DNA of 64,000 bases from Anolis carolinensis (lineage: Eukaryota). Numbering within the stretch: position 1 is the stretch's first letter; every line of letters starts with the position of its first letter. The notes under the pieces are model-generated. The model saw only the letters and a program-made list of their open reading frames with translations, searched no databases and was not told the origin of the DNA. A program made the translations under genes and the position numbers. The stretch lies in assembly GCF_035594765.1 (NCBI RefSeq), contig NC_085843.1:243637971-243701970 (forward strand), given 5' to 3'. Below, one piece after another: positions 37,395 to 50,367 of this stretch.

Positions 37395-37529
37395 TAGTGG
37401 TTCTCAACCTATGGATCCCCAGGTGTTTTGGCCTACAACTCTCAGAAATCCCAGCCAGTTTACCAACTGTTAGGATTTATGGGAGTTGAAGGCCAAAACA
37501 TTTGGGGACCCATAGGTTGAGAACCACTG
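37395..37529. mobile_element. 135-bp palindromic hAT MITE
   Basis: TIR AGTGGTTCTCAACC; degenerate ACCTAT(A)G TSD; same family as 53437-53571. Confidence 0.88.
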
Positions 37530-37806
37530 ACCTATAGAGATGTAACTATTTTTGATTGAAAGTACATTTGAACAGAAAGTGGGTGGGAGAGAATTTTTTG
37601 TAGATTCTGTAGGGATATAAACAGATCTGATCCAGTAAGGTCCTAGGCACGTTCCGTTCCCAGTCCTTAATCCTGTGAATTTTATTGACTTCAGGATCGA
37701 AACCCTGCAATATGAAATACCAGGTTTGAAAGCTCTGTGCTTTAAATTCTCTACCAGTATGAGAGACATTACAGAAGTTCATTTGAAAAAAATTGATAAG
37801 TGTTAT

Positions 37807-38032
37807 TGTGTTGTCAAAGGCCTTCATGGCTGGAATCACTGGGGTGTCGTGTGGTTTCTGGGTTGTATGACTGTGTTCTAGTAGCATTTTTTTCTGATAT
37901 TTCACCTATATCTGTGGCTGGCATCTTCAGAGGATCCTCTGAAGTTGCCAGCCACAGATGCAGGTGAAATGTCAGGAAGAAATGCTTCTAGAACATGGCC
38001 ATACAGCCCGGAAACCACACAACACCCCAGTG
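37807..38032. mobile_element. palindromic Penelope-like element
   Basis: 98-bp arms 37837-37934 / 37935-38032 centred on GGATCC; CTGAAG..GAAA..TC hammerhead-like cores on both strands. Confidence 0.85.
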
Positions 38033-38312
38033 GTATTATTGGTTGAAGCCATTATTTTTAAGAGTGGGCTCAGCATGTATGCTGCCTCAGCAAATGTGGA
38101 TTGATGACCTGTGCAGTTACTGGTCCCACTGATCAATGCGTGGGGTCAGCATGCTTCTTTATGTTTGCAACTGAGTGTTAAACAAAGTGAGCCTAGAATT
38201 TCTGGACCACAAACTAACAGAGTTGTCACGCCGGAGCCTGCTGATTGTGGTCCCAAAATGGGCAAGCATGTTGTTTTGTGTCTTATAATGCAATACATGT
38301 TAAATGTTGCAA

Positions 38313-38318
38313 AATAAA
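38313..38318 (+). terminator. candidate ANKMY1 polyadenylation signal
   Basis: First canonical AATAAA I find downstream of the 36863 stop; variant hexamers occur earlier. Confidence 0.35.
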
Positions 38319-38794
38319 AATGCATTTATGAAACAGTATATTCTTGCTCCCTATTTTAACAGTGGCTATAAAACCAAAACTACAGTTATGTTTATCTTTC
38401 TCTACAGTGCAATCTACTTAGAAGTAAGCACTGTTGATTTTTATGGGGATTTCTCTCAAATGGGTTTTGATTGCGACCTATGTAAGTGTTGTGTTGTGTG
38501 AAATTGTGTCAAAGAACAGCAATTTCCAAAGCAGCATTAAAGATTCCTTTTAATGTGTTTCTGTGTGAACACACACTCTTTGTTTTTGCCCCAAATCTGG
38601 ATGCTACGGTAACTTCTGATCACTTTTGGCATAAGGGAGGAAATGCATAAAACAAAGCAAAACACAGATCAAACCCCCTTCCGTTTTTGAGGAGATATGG
38701 CTTATAGCAGATTGTAGGAGAGAGGAACAAAACCGATCCCCATACTGCATGCCCATTCCTGGTATTTAGAAACCATTATCTCCTGCATCTACAT

Positions 38795-38888
38795 CAAGCA
38801 TGGGCAAACTTCAGCTCTCTGGTAGGCTATTAGGAATTTTGGGAGTTGAAGTCAAAACATCTGGAGGGCCAAGGTTTGCTCATGCCTG
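38795..38888. mobile_element. short hAT MITE
   Basis: CAAGCATGGGCAAAC ... GTTTGCTCATGCCTG imperfect TIRs. Confidence 0.7.
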
Positions 38889-39319
38889 AGCTGCACAAAT
38901 CTTTTGCATGGGTCTTCATTTATAGATATAGAGTGGTTCACAAAGAAATGTGCCCATTTGGCATTCCTAGTAGAACAATGCTCATGCAGATTCTGGAATT
39001 TCCAGAAATTCATTTCTTGATCTGTTATCCTCTGTCATGAGTAGTGGGCTAGAGTTGCTTCTTGAACAATGTCAGGTATCTGAACTTTGTTTTGGGAGGC
39101 CCTTCCTGTCCTATTTCAAAGGTGGGTCAGACTGGGGGAATTTCCTCATTACATGAAATCCTTGTGTGCACTGGAACTGGGCCTGTACATAATTGTGTTG
39201 GGTGCAGAACTAAGCTACTGGATGCATGCCTGTTTTTCCCACCGGAGAATCTTGTGCTCTGAACTGGGATATTACAATCCAGCACAATCAACATTGTTCA
39301 TTGAAACAAGTGTAGGAAC

Positions 39320-39535
39320 AATGTGTTGTCGAAGGCTTTCATGGCTGGGATCACAGGGTTGTATGTTTTCTGGGCTGTATGGCCATGTTCCAGAAGTATT
39401 CTCTCCTGACGTTTCACCCACATCTATGGCAGGCATCCTCACAACCTCTGAGGATGCCTGCCATAGATGTGGGTGAAACGTCAGGAGAGAATACTTCTGG
39501 AACATGGCCATACAGTCTGGAAAACATACAACAAC
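39320..39535. mobile_element. palindromic Penelope-like element with TSD
   Basis: 84-bp arms 39358-39441 / 39449-39532; 13-bp TSD CAAGTGTAGGAAC (39307-39319, 39536-39548). Confidence 0.9.
39445..39485 (+). ncRNA. minimal type I hammerhead ribozyme motif (Penelope-associated)
   Basis: CCT-CTGAGGA-stem II-GAAA-CG-TC-AGG: intact core boxes, 3-bp stem I, palindromic ACGT stem III. Confidence 0.7.
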
Positions 39536-41784
39536 CAAGTGTAGGAACCTTTCACAGTTTTGTCCAGTTCTCTTTTTTGCAGGCTCTTTTAGTATACTTT
39601 ATTAACAAGTAAGCAAACTTATTTGAAAATGATGGCTGAGTCAAATGTGGTGCCTTCTTTCCCTCTCATCTCTGTATACGAATCATTAACCATGTGAGAG
39701 CTCCATGTGGTGGGAGTAACACAAAGCTCTGAACCCTGTGCTAGCCCGTCCACGCATGGCTGCTGCTTGGCTCGTAGTATTCTGTTTGCAACTGAGCATA
39801 AAACAAAGCCAGGGCAGAATGTCTGGGCCACAAGCCAGCAGAGAGTTGTCATGCTTAATGCTGGTGACTGGTACTCAGCAATCCTGTATATACATACGCT
39901 GGCATGCAGGCCAAAATCTTATGTAAAACACCACTATGCATGCATGCTGATGTCCCACAACTTTAAATCAGTCTGCTGTGATGATAGTATTCTGTTAGAG
40001 GGAACGCAAAATGTGTGCATCCAGTTGGCACAAATGCATGTTTTTCACCAGGCATCCAGACCATGTATAGAAAATGTGTGTTTTTATATCACATATACAA
40101 AAGATGCTATGTGAATCACCAGTGCCTCCTAGTTTGAGCATTACTGGGGTTCTAAACACAGTGGTTCCACAATATTTGCGGGGATGTGGTTTAGGACCTG
40201 CTTTGGGTATGAAAAAAAATGTGTATCAAGTCCCATATTACTTAATGGTAGCTATGTGTTCACATTCACATTGTTGCCGTTTACCAATATGAGTCAAACC
40301 ATGGTTGTTGTTTTCATGGGTCTGGATTTCATGGATCCAGAGGCCCATTGCATAGTTATACTACAGACTATGCTCAATGAAACATAGACATTCTTGTCTA
40401 CATTCTTTGAGGAGTGGCCAGTACCTACTGAATAGTCATGCTGATTCTGGTTGTGGAACATATTTTGTCAAAGATCTTCTCCAAGCTATTATTATATGAA
40501 GGTTAGTGCACATTTTAATATACCCAATGATAGCCTGGTTAAGTTATATAAAAGCAAAAGAAATCAAACAGTATCTTGTTGCAAGTGGCAACCATCTAGA
40601 TTTAAGTCTCCAGCCTTTTTTTTATTTATACAAGGATTCAAAGAACATAGTTCAACAGTGCAAGATAGTTACAAGTACCTTGGTAACCAAAAGAAATATA
40701 TAAATGGCCAAGTGTGCCAATAAGTGAGATAAATCTTAGCTTATCAGATAGAACTGCTTCTTCTTGTTGTTTTTGAAAGACCAGGTGTATTCTAAATATA
40801 TCATACTTTGAACTCCCTAACAAGCCCACCAGAAAACAACAGGTTGTTTGTCATTTGTAAAGGATATATATTAGTGCTCTTAAAGCCTCTATTAACCCTT
40901 GCACTCTGCTGAAACATATTATGGCACAAAATAATATGTTATACATCCACAATTTTGGTTTCTAGTTGACAGTTATGCATGGGGCTTGGGTGCGAAGTTC
41001 CTTTGTCCAGCTACTAAATCTGCCAGGATACATAAAGACTATGGCTTAATGCATTTAAGCCTTGAAGTAGAGTACTGCCATTTTGATTTTACAAAGGAAA
41101 GTTTAAAAAAAAACTGCAAAAGATTTTAAATCTGACAAGCATGAGATATAATAGCACCTATTGTTGCTTAGACTCAAACTACATCTGACAGCAGCAGAGG
41201 TGTTTAAGTCTGGGTCTTTCCCATTGTGTATAACAGCAGAGGAAGGAATGGTTAGACTGTAGAGTAAAAGTGGCATCTAGGCACATGGAACTCAGCCTGC
41301 TTCCTTCGCAAAGCAAATTTCCCAACACTGTCAGCTTTTTGGTCTGGGAATCTTGTTGGAGGAATCATATGATAGAAGCTTGAAAAAGTTTGGATTTTTT
41401 GGACCACAGAACCCAGGTTCACTTGGACCAACACAGACAGTGGCCCTCCTGGCAGAGGGATTTTGTAGGTTGTGGTTCAAAAAAGCAACTTTCCAAGATC
41501 AGAATGCCTGGGACTATATAAGTGGGCCATCTGTTCTCCTTATGTGCATACTGCTTTTGCTCCAACCATTTTACCCAAATGAAAACATTTTTCTATTTTA
41601 GATGTAATTTTGGCAGGCCTACATTTTTAAACCTGACACACTGAAGGCATTACACATAGTTGGGGATCTTAAATAAGGTCCTGGATTGTGTTAGTTTACA
41701 GCTCTCCAGCAGGTTAGCAAAACATTTCATTAATGGGTAAGAAAACGATAGCTGTTCCATTTTCTCCTGAGTTGCACATGACAG

Positions 41785-41790
41785 TTTATT
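41785..41790 (-). terminator. candidate distal GPC1 polyadenylation signal (about 2 kb 3'UTR)
   Basis: AATAAA on - strand at the end of a repeat-free, UTR-like stretch; more proximal AATAAA at 43430-43435 and 43225-43230. Confidence 0.4.
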
Positions 41791-43780
41791 TCTGTATACA
41801 ACACTATTTGATTGTGACAGTCCACTTTTCTGGTATTTGAGCTTACATTCAAAGGAGGCAAGATGTTTGCTTTTCACACCTCACTTGTATTTAGAATTAT
41901 TTTAAGAATGATTTAATTGAAACCCAGAATAACTAGATTGACAAGATTAATAATGAACATGGACATTATTCTCATAAGGGCTTTAAAATAATTTGTGCAA
42001 AACATTTGGGAACAAAACATCCAATAGCAGTGCTATTGGAATCTGCAGTACTGATTGGAGTGAACTGAAAAGTATTTTTCCGTGTGCTGCAAAGAAGCCA
42101 ATGGGACCAGGAATGGGAAAGCCAACTGAATTAATTTGCATGCTTACTGTTTCACCATTTCTAATGCCATGGTGCTTGAAATGCTCCCCTTATGTATAAC
42201 TGAGTGTGCTTTTTTGGATGCTGTTGATAAGAAACACAACATTTGTCTTTGATGCAAGACACACAGTAGAAATGTTTCAACATTTGTGCAAAGCCTATAT
42301 GATTTCTTGAAGTAAAAATATGTTTTCACATACCTTTAGCTTCCCAACAGGAAAATCACAACGTGAAACAAACTGAGTTAACAGTTAAAGTTCACATCAA
42401 GAGCTTTCCATCATTCGGTCAAAGCAACAGAATTACCTTAATATGCTAAGTATTTTTGAAGAAAAGAAAATATGCTTATGGGTGTAAGGTCTTCTAAGCA
42501 AAACTTACCCCAACAGAAAAATATGTTATCTCTTCCTCATTTCAGCCAACCTGACATCAAACAATGTACCTGGCAATTATTTTAATAAAAAAGAATCTGC
42601 TGAAGTGATGAGATTGTACTATAAAAATGGTTACAAACAACATAGGATCAATTCTGCCACACAAGGTGAGAAAGGGTAGCATTTGGTTGATTTGAGTATG
42701 CAAATTATGGCTTTGGTTGGCTTGATGTCCATCAACGTAATTGATGGAACTATAGGAAGGACCAGCAGTCACTTGAAAAACTGATATTACCTCCAAATAC
42801 ATTTTCCAGGGATGTTTGATAGTATCTAACTGTTCCCTGGTATTTTCAATTTGTCACTTACAGGCTTTGCTAACAGGACAAGCAGTTAATACACACAACC
42901 TCACAAAAACAGTTCTTTGCATTATCCCTTTGGTAAGAGGCGACTATTGTCCCTGTATATAATAGGAAGATCTTCAGCCACAGACTGAAATGAAGCTTGC
43001 CCAACAGTCTCCCATGCATATTTCTGTCACAATGTTGCATATTACAACTCTGTATTGCATTTTACCAATTTGATTGCTACTTTCAGAGGATCGTGCAAAA
43101 CCAGTCTCATTCCAGTTTACTTAGATATAAGTGAAATATTAGGTGGTTTTAATTACTAATGTCAGCAGACAAAAGTATTCACGAATTAAAAGACTCACCC
43201 CACATCCCTGGAGAATGAATCCTTTTTATTCACTGGATTTGCACAGAAAATGTAAATCCTGGATCAAAGCAAAGGAGGGGCCCTTTGCCACTGGCTTAAT
43301 GGAAAATTATGAACGGCCACCTCATGACAGAATTCCAAAAATCCTGAAATTAAAAAGGTGTATTGTTCTAAACTGAAGTAGCACAGTCTTGGCTACAGTT
43401 AAATAAGAATTTGAGATAAACTTGCATATTTTATTGCAGTCGATAAAAATGATATCGCCTTGAGGGTCATTTGTTTTCCTCCCCATTAAACCTTTCTGCC
43501 AAGATCCTTTGTATCCCCCTGGGTACCTCTTTGTGGCAAATTAATGACTTTTTCTCTTTCTTTTTTCTTCATAATGAGGTACAGAAAGAAGGGCCCAGCA
43601 TTTGAAAAGACCAAAAATAAAAAAATAAAATAAGACCAGTTCTAGCACTGCCAGGTTATCACAAACAATCAAGAACTTTTTATCTCCCTCATTTTGCCAA
43701 GATGAATTAAATAAGTCCACATTTTTGGCAAATTTGAGACCTCAACCACCACAGTCACTTTTTGAGGCTGCATAAACAAG

Positions 43781-44004
43781 TTATCGCCACAGGTATTGCA
43801 CTGCGGCCACAGCCAGAGTAAGTGATAAAAGAAAAGAAGAAGGCCGAAGTATGCTGCTGCTGCTGCTGCCCCCAACACCTTGTCCGGACAGCTTAGGCAT
43901 GGCGTGTATCTCTGGCAGCTGGGTGCTGCTAGTCTTGGACAGTCTTTTGCCACAGACGTCATCAGGACAGCCATCGCCACTTCCAGAGCCACTGATGTCA
44001 TCAC
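43781..44004 (-). CDS. GPC1: glypican-1 last coding exon (exon 9): heparan-sulfate attachment SGSGSG and GPI signal
   Basis: (S)DDISGSGSGDGCPDDVCGKRLSK...LLSLTLAVAAVQYLWR*; AG acceptor at 44006-44005; the ORF track shows a different frame here. Confidence 0.95.
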
Positions 44005-44664
44005 CTATCCAAGAGGAAGTTCAGAGAAGGGCGGTTGGTATTAAAAGCACAGTCTTGGGGCAAACTATGACACATCACAACAGCATGTTGGAACATGCTG
44101 CTGAATGAAGGGATAAAGAATCAGATATGCGGAGCTCTATCCAACAATGCTACTACTTCATGGCATGTCTTGCTCCCAGTGTTGCCCACAGTGGTCACTT
44201 GCAAGAATGTTGCTGAAGGAGGAGTTTAATAGGGATAAAAGAAAATCCTGAATTGATCCATTTAGTTCACAGTGGCTGCATAGGCAAGTCATATGTCTAC
44301 CTGATGTTTTAGTATGGTTTTTTTTTAACCATTGTAGAGGTTGGTGTTCCTTCCTTTTGCAGTATACAAAACTCCCAACATTCACTGTGTCATTGAGACA
44401 GCCATCCCTAATAGACTTTCAATTGGTGGTGGAGTACTGTGGGGGGTCAGAAAAGTGTCTGGCTTCAATATGCCCATAGCCAGGTGCAGGCTAATAGCAT
44501 GATCCACTGAGACCTCTAGAGCAGTAGTTCTCTTGGTAACTTTAGATACATAAGTTGATTCTGAATGCTCAACTGAAAGTTTCAATAATTGTAGTGCTAG
44601 AAATTTGTAGCTGCACCTCTGATTACCCTGGCTATCAGTCCATTTCAGAGAACAAAGGGCCGGT

Positions 44665-44875
44665 TACCTGAGGAGCACCTCCTCCCAGAATTAGTTCCCT
44701 GAATCCTAAGGATGCACCTTCCAAATGAGATGAGGAAAGTGCTACAAGAGTGAGAGCATTTTAAAGGGTGGGCCTCCTATCTGTGGAATTTCCTCCTTCA
44801 AATAGCTTGTTTGGTACTTCATGTTTTCATTTGAAGTGCCAGGTAAAGACTTTTATATTCTCTTAGGCATTTCAA
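44665..44875 (+). mobile_element. old L2 3' fragment
   Basis: Degenerate remnants of the RAF..P.LWN.LP..F...KT coding pattern. Confidence 0.5.
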
Positions 44876-45019
44876 CAGTTCTTTTAATATGTCTTCACAT
44901 GTGCTGTTTTCACTTTTGTTTCATTTGCTGAGTGTTACAGACATCTTTCAACTATGGATTGTATTAAATCATGCCACTTTAGCGGCACCACACAGATTCA
45001 TCTTTTTAGCAGCACTTAC

Positions 45020-45195
45020 TTGTATCCTGGAAATCCACATCATTCCCGTTGTACGCATTACGCAATCGACTTGTCATAATCTTTAACTGCATGATTTGCT
45101 GCCGAATAGTCATATCTGGTTTGGTGACATCTACATCCACCTCTGGGTTATTGATCTGACTGGCTAGGCCATCTCCCATCACATCTGGAAGATAC
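45020..45195 (-). CDS. GPC1: glypican-1 exon 8
   Basis: [58 protein letters not shown]; CAG/GTAAGT; 176 nt. Confidence 0.97.
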
Positions 45196-45976
45196 CTGCA
45201 AAGAACATATGCATCCATTGTTCTGTATATTTATGCTATTTCTGACTTATGGCAACCCTAAGATGATCTTCTCATATGGGTTTATTTGGCAAGATCTTTT
45301 GAGGGGGTTTGTCATGCCTCTGAGGCTGAGGAAGTCTGACTTGCCTAAGGCCACCACTCAGTGGGCGTCCATGGCCAAACAGTGATTCAAACATGTGCCT
45401 CCAGAGTTACAGTTCAACAAACAAACAACAATAACCACTCTAGTTGTCATGTGCATTCATATGGGAAGCCAATTCTGGAATAATAGACATCACTATAGCT
45501 AGTTTAACATACTTTTCTGGTTTGCATACTCTTTCTTCTCTCCTTCTGCTATGGCCACAAGAAGATTGGTTAGAAACCAAGAGATGGACGACTGTTTGCT
45601 TACCCACAGATTTTTTTTGCTAAAAGTCCTACCATTGGCTCTGCTTGCTTACTGTGATAAGAGAGATTCCAATACAATGGTGAATCCTGGGGTGGTGGGT
45701 GATGCCATAATGAGGTTCTATATATGGAACTCTTACTCTGAGTGCAAACATATAGGATCTTAATCTAAATTTGTCTAAACATAGATGAAGATAGGATCCC
45801 AATTGTATAAAAACACTTCTTCTTCACCAAGAGTGCCTTTTTCTTACCCTCTATCATGGAATACCACATTTCCAGGCTCCAAGGCATAAGGAAGCTGACA
45901 CATGAGGGCAGACAGTCTATATAAGCAGGCTAGCTTTCTTTATATGGTCACTGACTCACATGTCAACAAGCCTTAC

Positions 45977-46110
45977 CTGCCTTTGGTCATCCCATTCCAG
46001 CACCTTTCTTCATTCACAGAACCAGATGAGATTTTTTCATTGCAAAGTGTAGTTGGAAGGGCTACCCAGAAGTCTCTGATTTCTCTCAACTTTCCTTTGG
46101 CATCTGAAAC
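45977..46110 (-). CDS. GPC1: glypican-1 exon 7
   Basis: VSDAKGKLREIRDFWVALPTTLCNEKISSGSVNEERCWNGMTKGR; CAG/GTAAGG; 134 nt. Confidence 0.96.
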
Positions 46111-46547
46111 CTGCCAAATAAAGTTGAATTAAAACTCATGGAAACATTGAATGTGGAAGCGTTTACAGACTAAATCCTGATTTTAATCTAGATGGCACAA
46201 GTCAATTCAGGGACAGCAATATTGCAATAAAAAGGATATACAGGCATGTGGTGCCTGAATGCTCATCTGTTTTGATATAGAACATGAATCAATTTACCAA
46301 ACACGTTGTTTTATAAACTGGGCAATGGCTACATGCATTCAGTCAGCACCTATCCAGCTTGTGTGGTTTCCAGAATTCAGGTTCTAAAGAAGACACCTGT
46401 GAATGTTGCAGTGGAAAACACATATTCCATTGAAGTTCACATGGGCTTCACACCATGGCTGGTTCATATTCAGTTTACAATCAAAAATAATCCCAAGGTC
46501 CTTTGTGCTCAGGAATTTCATACAAAAAAAAGATCTCAAGATTATTG

Positions 46548-47065
46548 TTGATCACAGATTGAATATGAACTAGAAGTGTGATGCTGGAGCAATGAATATG
46601 AATGTTATTTTAGTTTTCAAGTTCAGGGAATTAACAGTCCCACTAAATGTTGTGCTGGTGGTTGGGCCCCACCTGGGCTACTGCATTCAATATTGAGCAC
46701 CTCATTTTAAGGATATAGACAAGTTAGAAAAAGTTCAGAGAAGGGTAACAAGGATGATAGGAGGCATGAAGAACAAAACATATGTGGAAAAGCGGAAGGA
46801 TTTGGGAATGTTAAGCTTTTAAAGTGAAGACTGAAGGGGTGACAAGGTTGAATTATTTAAATAATTCAAGGGCTGTCACAGAGGCCAAATTGTTCTTTGC
46901 TGCCCCAGAGGGTAGGGCCAGCTTTCAGGAAGGCAAATTTCTGTTGAACAGTTCTTACTGTCAAGAAGTTCCTTCTAATATTTAACAAATATATTAAATA
47001 TTAGAAGGAAGTTCTTGACAGTAAGAACTGTTCAGCAGATTGAGTTGAAGCTTATTAGATGCCTT
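46548..47065 (+). mobile_element. old CR1 LINE fragment containing a fold-back duplication
   Basis: Degenerate PHLGYCIQ...DIDKLEKVQRRVTRMIGGM...RLKGD pattern. Confidence 0.8.
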
Positions 47066-47296
47066 TGGGCCAGCTGCCCAGCCCACCGAACAAAGTTGCT
47101 GTGAGGACAAAATAATGAAGAGAGCATTGGTCTGGGATCCTTGGATAAAGGACAGGATCAAAATCCACTAAATAAATACTGCAGTTGGTTCTTAAAGCAA
47201 AGCCTGTATGTTTTCCGCAGACTCAACAAGCTGTCTAAACAACAAACCACACAAATTGTTTTAAAATATCTTTGAAGACAGACATTTCATACTCAC

Positions 47297-47416
47297 AAGT
47301 TTTTCTGAGCTAAGCTGCGAAGGTTTATCTTCACTGACATATTTTCCCCGCTTCTTTTTATCTTCAATGTTGGAAGCTTTGGGGTTGATTTTAGGATTTC
47401 CACAGCCTTGAAAGGT
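47297..47416 (-). CDS. GPC1: glypican-1 exon 6
   Basis: TFQGCGNPKINPKASNIEDKKKRGKYVSEDKPSQLSSEKL (basic convertase-type site); CAG/GTGAGT; 120 nt. Confidence 0.95.
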
Positions 47417-49621
47417 CTGAGGGGAAAAACAAAGCTTAGGAGGCAGCATGTCCTGTATTTACATCATAGCAATACAACATTTTCTCTAGTTTGGAAATGT
47501 TTACACTACAACTCCCATATTCCCCAGTCAGAATTATGGGACTTGTAGTCCAGTGCTATTGCATGATATGTTTTTGGCCCAAGTAAAATCAAAATATAGG
47601 GTTTGCTATTATCCATGATTTTAGGTGTCCATGGAAGGTCTTGGAACATATCTCCTTGGTACAGGGATCATATTGTACTAGAAATATGATTAAACCCAGG
47701 CAACATAAGAATGAGTCTTGTCTATGCAGGACTTCTCAACTAGGGTTTCCTGGAATCCTAGGGTCCCACATGGGATCATGCTAGAAAAAAAAAACCCTTT
47801 CTCAGTTGTAGATGTAGTGGCTGGATTCCTGTAGGGTCTTTACATATGTGTAAGCACCACAGTTATGGTAATACATAATGAATTCCACACCCCCCCCCCC
47901 CATTTCCTTGTTGCTCAGGAAGCAGCTGCTTGTAATTTCTGTCTCTTCTAATGAGTGGTCATTATTATGACAGGCAGAAAAATGTTCCTCCTACTACTGG
48001 AAATCACTTGCATGAGGGAGCGTGGGAATGTCAACCAGTTGGTTCCCAAATAATAGGCAAATACAGCCCTGTCAATTCTAGTGGCAACTGCCTGGAAGGT
48101 GAAGACTGAAGGATCATGAATACATAGGAGTAACTATAATACAGACCAACAGTTTTTACACAGAGTTCCCTAAGACTAGAACATTGATTCAAGGAGTGGA
48201 AAGGTTGAGAAAATCTGCTTTAAACATTTTACAGAAGCTTCACAAATATCTTGTTGATTGTGCTCAGAATTCGATGTTCAACTAGTTTGCATGCCTGCAT
48301 GTAACCTCAACATCTTGGATGTGCCTGCCCTTAACTTGTCATTGAAACAGACAATAATATAGCTAGTTCACTCTGGAACAGACTTATCTTGCCCTCATAA
48401 AACAGTGAAGGTATCATCTATGGTGTACTTTGGTCCTTATCAATCATTTGCACAGCAAGAAAGAGAGAGTCCAGTCTCTTTCTAGCCATTCCGTCTTAAT
48501 AATTGTACATAAAATATTCTGGGTTTTGTTTTATGAAGAAGAATGGTTCCAGTGTTTTCACTGTAGCACACCTGTTTTATAGCTTATTACAGTAGTTATT
48601 ATTACAAGTCATTTCTTCCAGGGGCATAAAGAACATGCAAGAACAATGAAAAATACCTTCTGAGAGGTAGAGATTAATTCATTCCCATGTGCTCTCTCTG
48701 AATTGATGGCTCTATTTCTACATTGTATTAGCGCTATATTTTCAGGGCTACTGTTATATTACTTCTCTCTCATCTCCACCTCTCTTTCTCCCTCCTGGCC
48801 TATCAATGACTTATCTATTTGCCAGTCTGTTACTGATTCATTCTCCATCAACATCTCTTGGTTGCAGATTTTAGGAAACAGGAGAAAAAGAGCTGGGCTT
48901 CAGAACACAAATTATTCTGTTGTTACTATCACTCTTAGCTGTATAGGGAACTGAACAGTCGTATAGGGAGCTCACAGGGTTAAAGTGTCACATTATATTC
49001 AGAACTGTCACTGAAAATATTTAGAAATGAAGAGATGAGAGAAGGACATGTGAAATTCTTAGACGTTGTCACAGTTCTGAAATTAGAAGTGAGAAAGGTT
49101 CTGAAAAAGGTGTATGAATTTAAGAAGATGATGTTGTTTTTCAGCCAGTGGAAAAAGACCAATTCAACTGGTCTTCTTCTCAAAAATGGGGCAACCAATA
49201 TGTAGCACTATCAACGGAAGTTATTGGATATCCATCACTGTAGCTTAGGGAGCAATAAAACTGACATGCACAAAAAACTCTTCTAGGAGAGATGGGAATT
49301 GTGCAGCTTTCCAAATGTGTCCAGAGTGTAACTCCCAGTAGCCATATCTAGCATATCCAATGGTGGAGAGTTGAAGATTGCAATCCACTGACACCTTGGA
49401 GAGCTGCATGATCCCCAGACCAATCATACAATGTGGATAAAGCTATATGATATAACAGCAATGCTGAAATTCATTAGGTTTGGGCTTGGTGTCTGTCTGG
49501 TTGGGAGACAGCTTGGGGCCATCCCAGGTAGCCATTTCAAATTCTATAGAAAAATATTAGGCTAAAAAGAAATACAATAAAATCAGGATAGATGTTAGGC
49601 TTACCACAACTTGACTCTTAC

Positions 49622-49752
49622 CTTTGTTGTTATTGATTCTCTGTTCTCTTGCATGTTAGAAATGGCTTCTGCAATCCTGGTATGAATTGTACCAATGACT
49701 ATGTCTACATTGGATGGTCCATCAAAACGGTCAGCTACCATGAGCAGTGCAT
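49622..49752 (-). CDS. GPC1: glypican-1 exon 5
   Basis: (D)ALLMVADRFDGPSNVDIVIGTIHTRIAEAISNMQENRESITTK; TAG/GTAAGA; 131 nt. Confidence 0.96.
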
Positions 49753-50367
49753 CTAATAGAGCAGATAACAAATAGGGATTATTTAACAATATATAATGTA
49801 AATAATGTATCAAAATTTGATTGAATAATGTTATAGAACAATAGCAGACCTACAAGAGATCTCAATAGGATACTTCATGTATAGTATGACGATCATATCT
49901 GCAGGGGATACATGGGTAGCTGAAAATGCTGATAACAGTGAATGCTATATTTTGATGATACTTGAGCTGGAAATATACCATAGACTCAAGATGGAGGATC
50001 TTGAGAGGCCCACAAACAGTTCCATAGGGAATTTTTTTGTAGTGTGGGTAGTGAAACCATGGATATTGACTTTGTGGATATAGGGGTTGTGCTGTACACA
50101 TTTACATCAAGGAATAATATTTATTTATTGATTGATTTATTTATTTGTTTATTTATCTATCAGAAGAGACTATAGTGATATTTACCTAAATATAAATGCC
50201 ATTTGGTTTATAGTAGAAAGTGTATTAAAATATTTTTTTTATAAATACTTGCATCCAATCTTTTGAAACCTTTGCTAGGATGACTATGGATCATCATATA
50301 GAATTCAGCCTATGGAATTATAGCATTATATACATCTAAGGGGAATACTTTGTAAAAATGTAATGTA

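Noticed and set aside
43669-44108. 111-aa (-) and 85-aa (+) ORFs over the GPC1 last exon
   Set aside because: Alternative-frame and antisense shadows of the real GPC1 frame.
47727-48217. Possible old hAT element (CAGGACTTCTCAAC ... GTTGAGAAAATCTG)
   Set aside because: TIRs are imperfect and there is no 8-bp TSD; not enough support to list as a feature.
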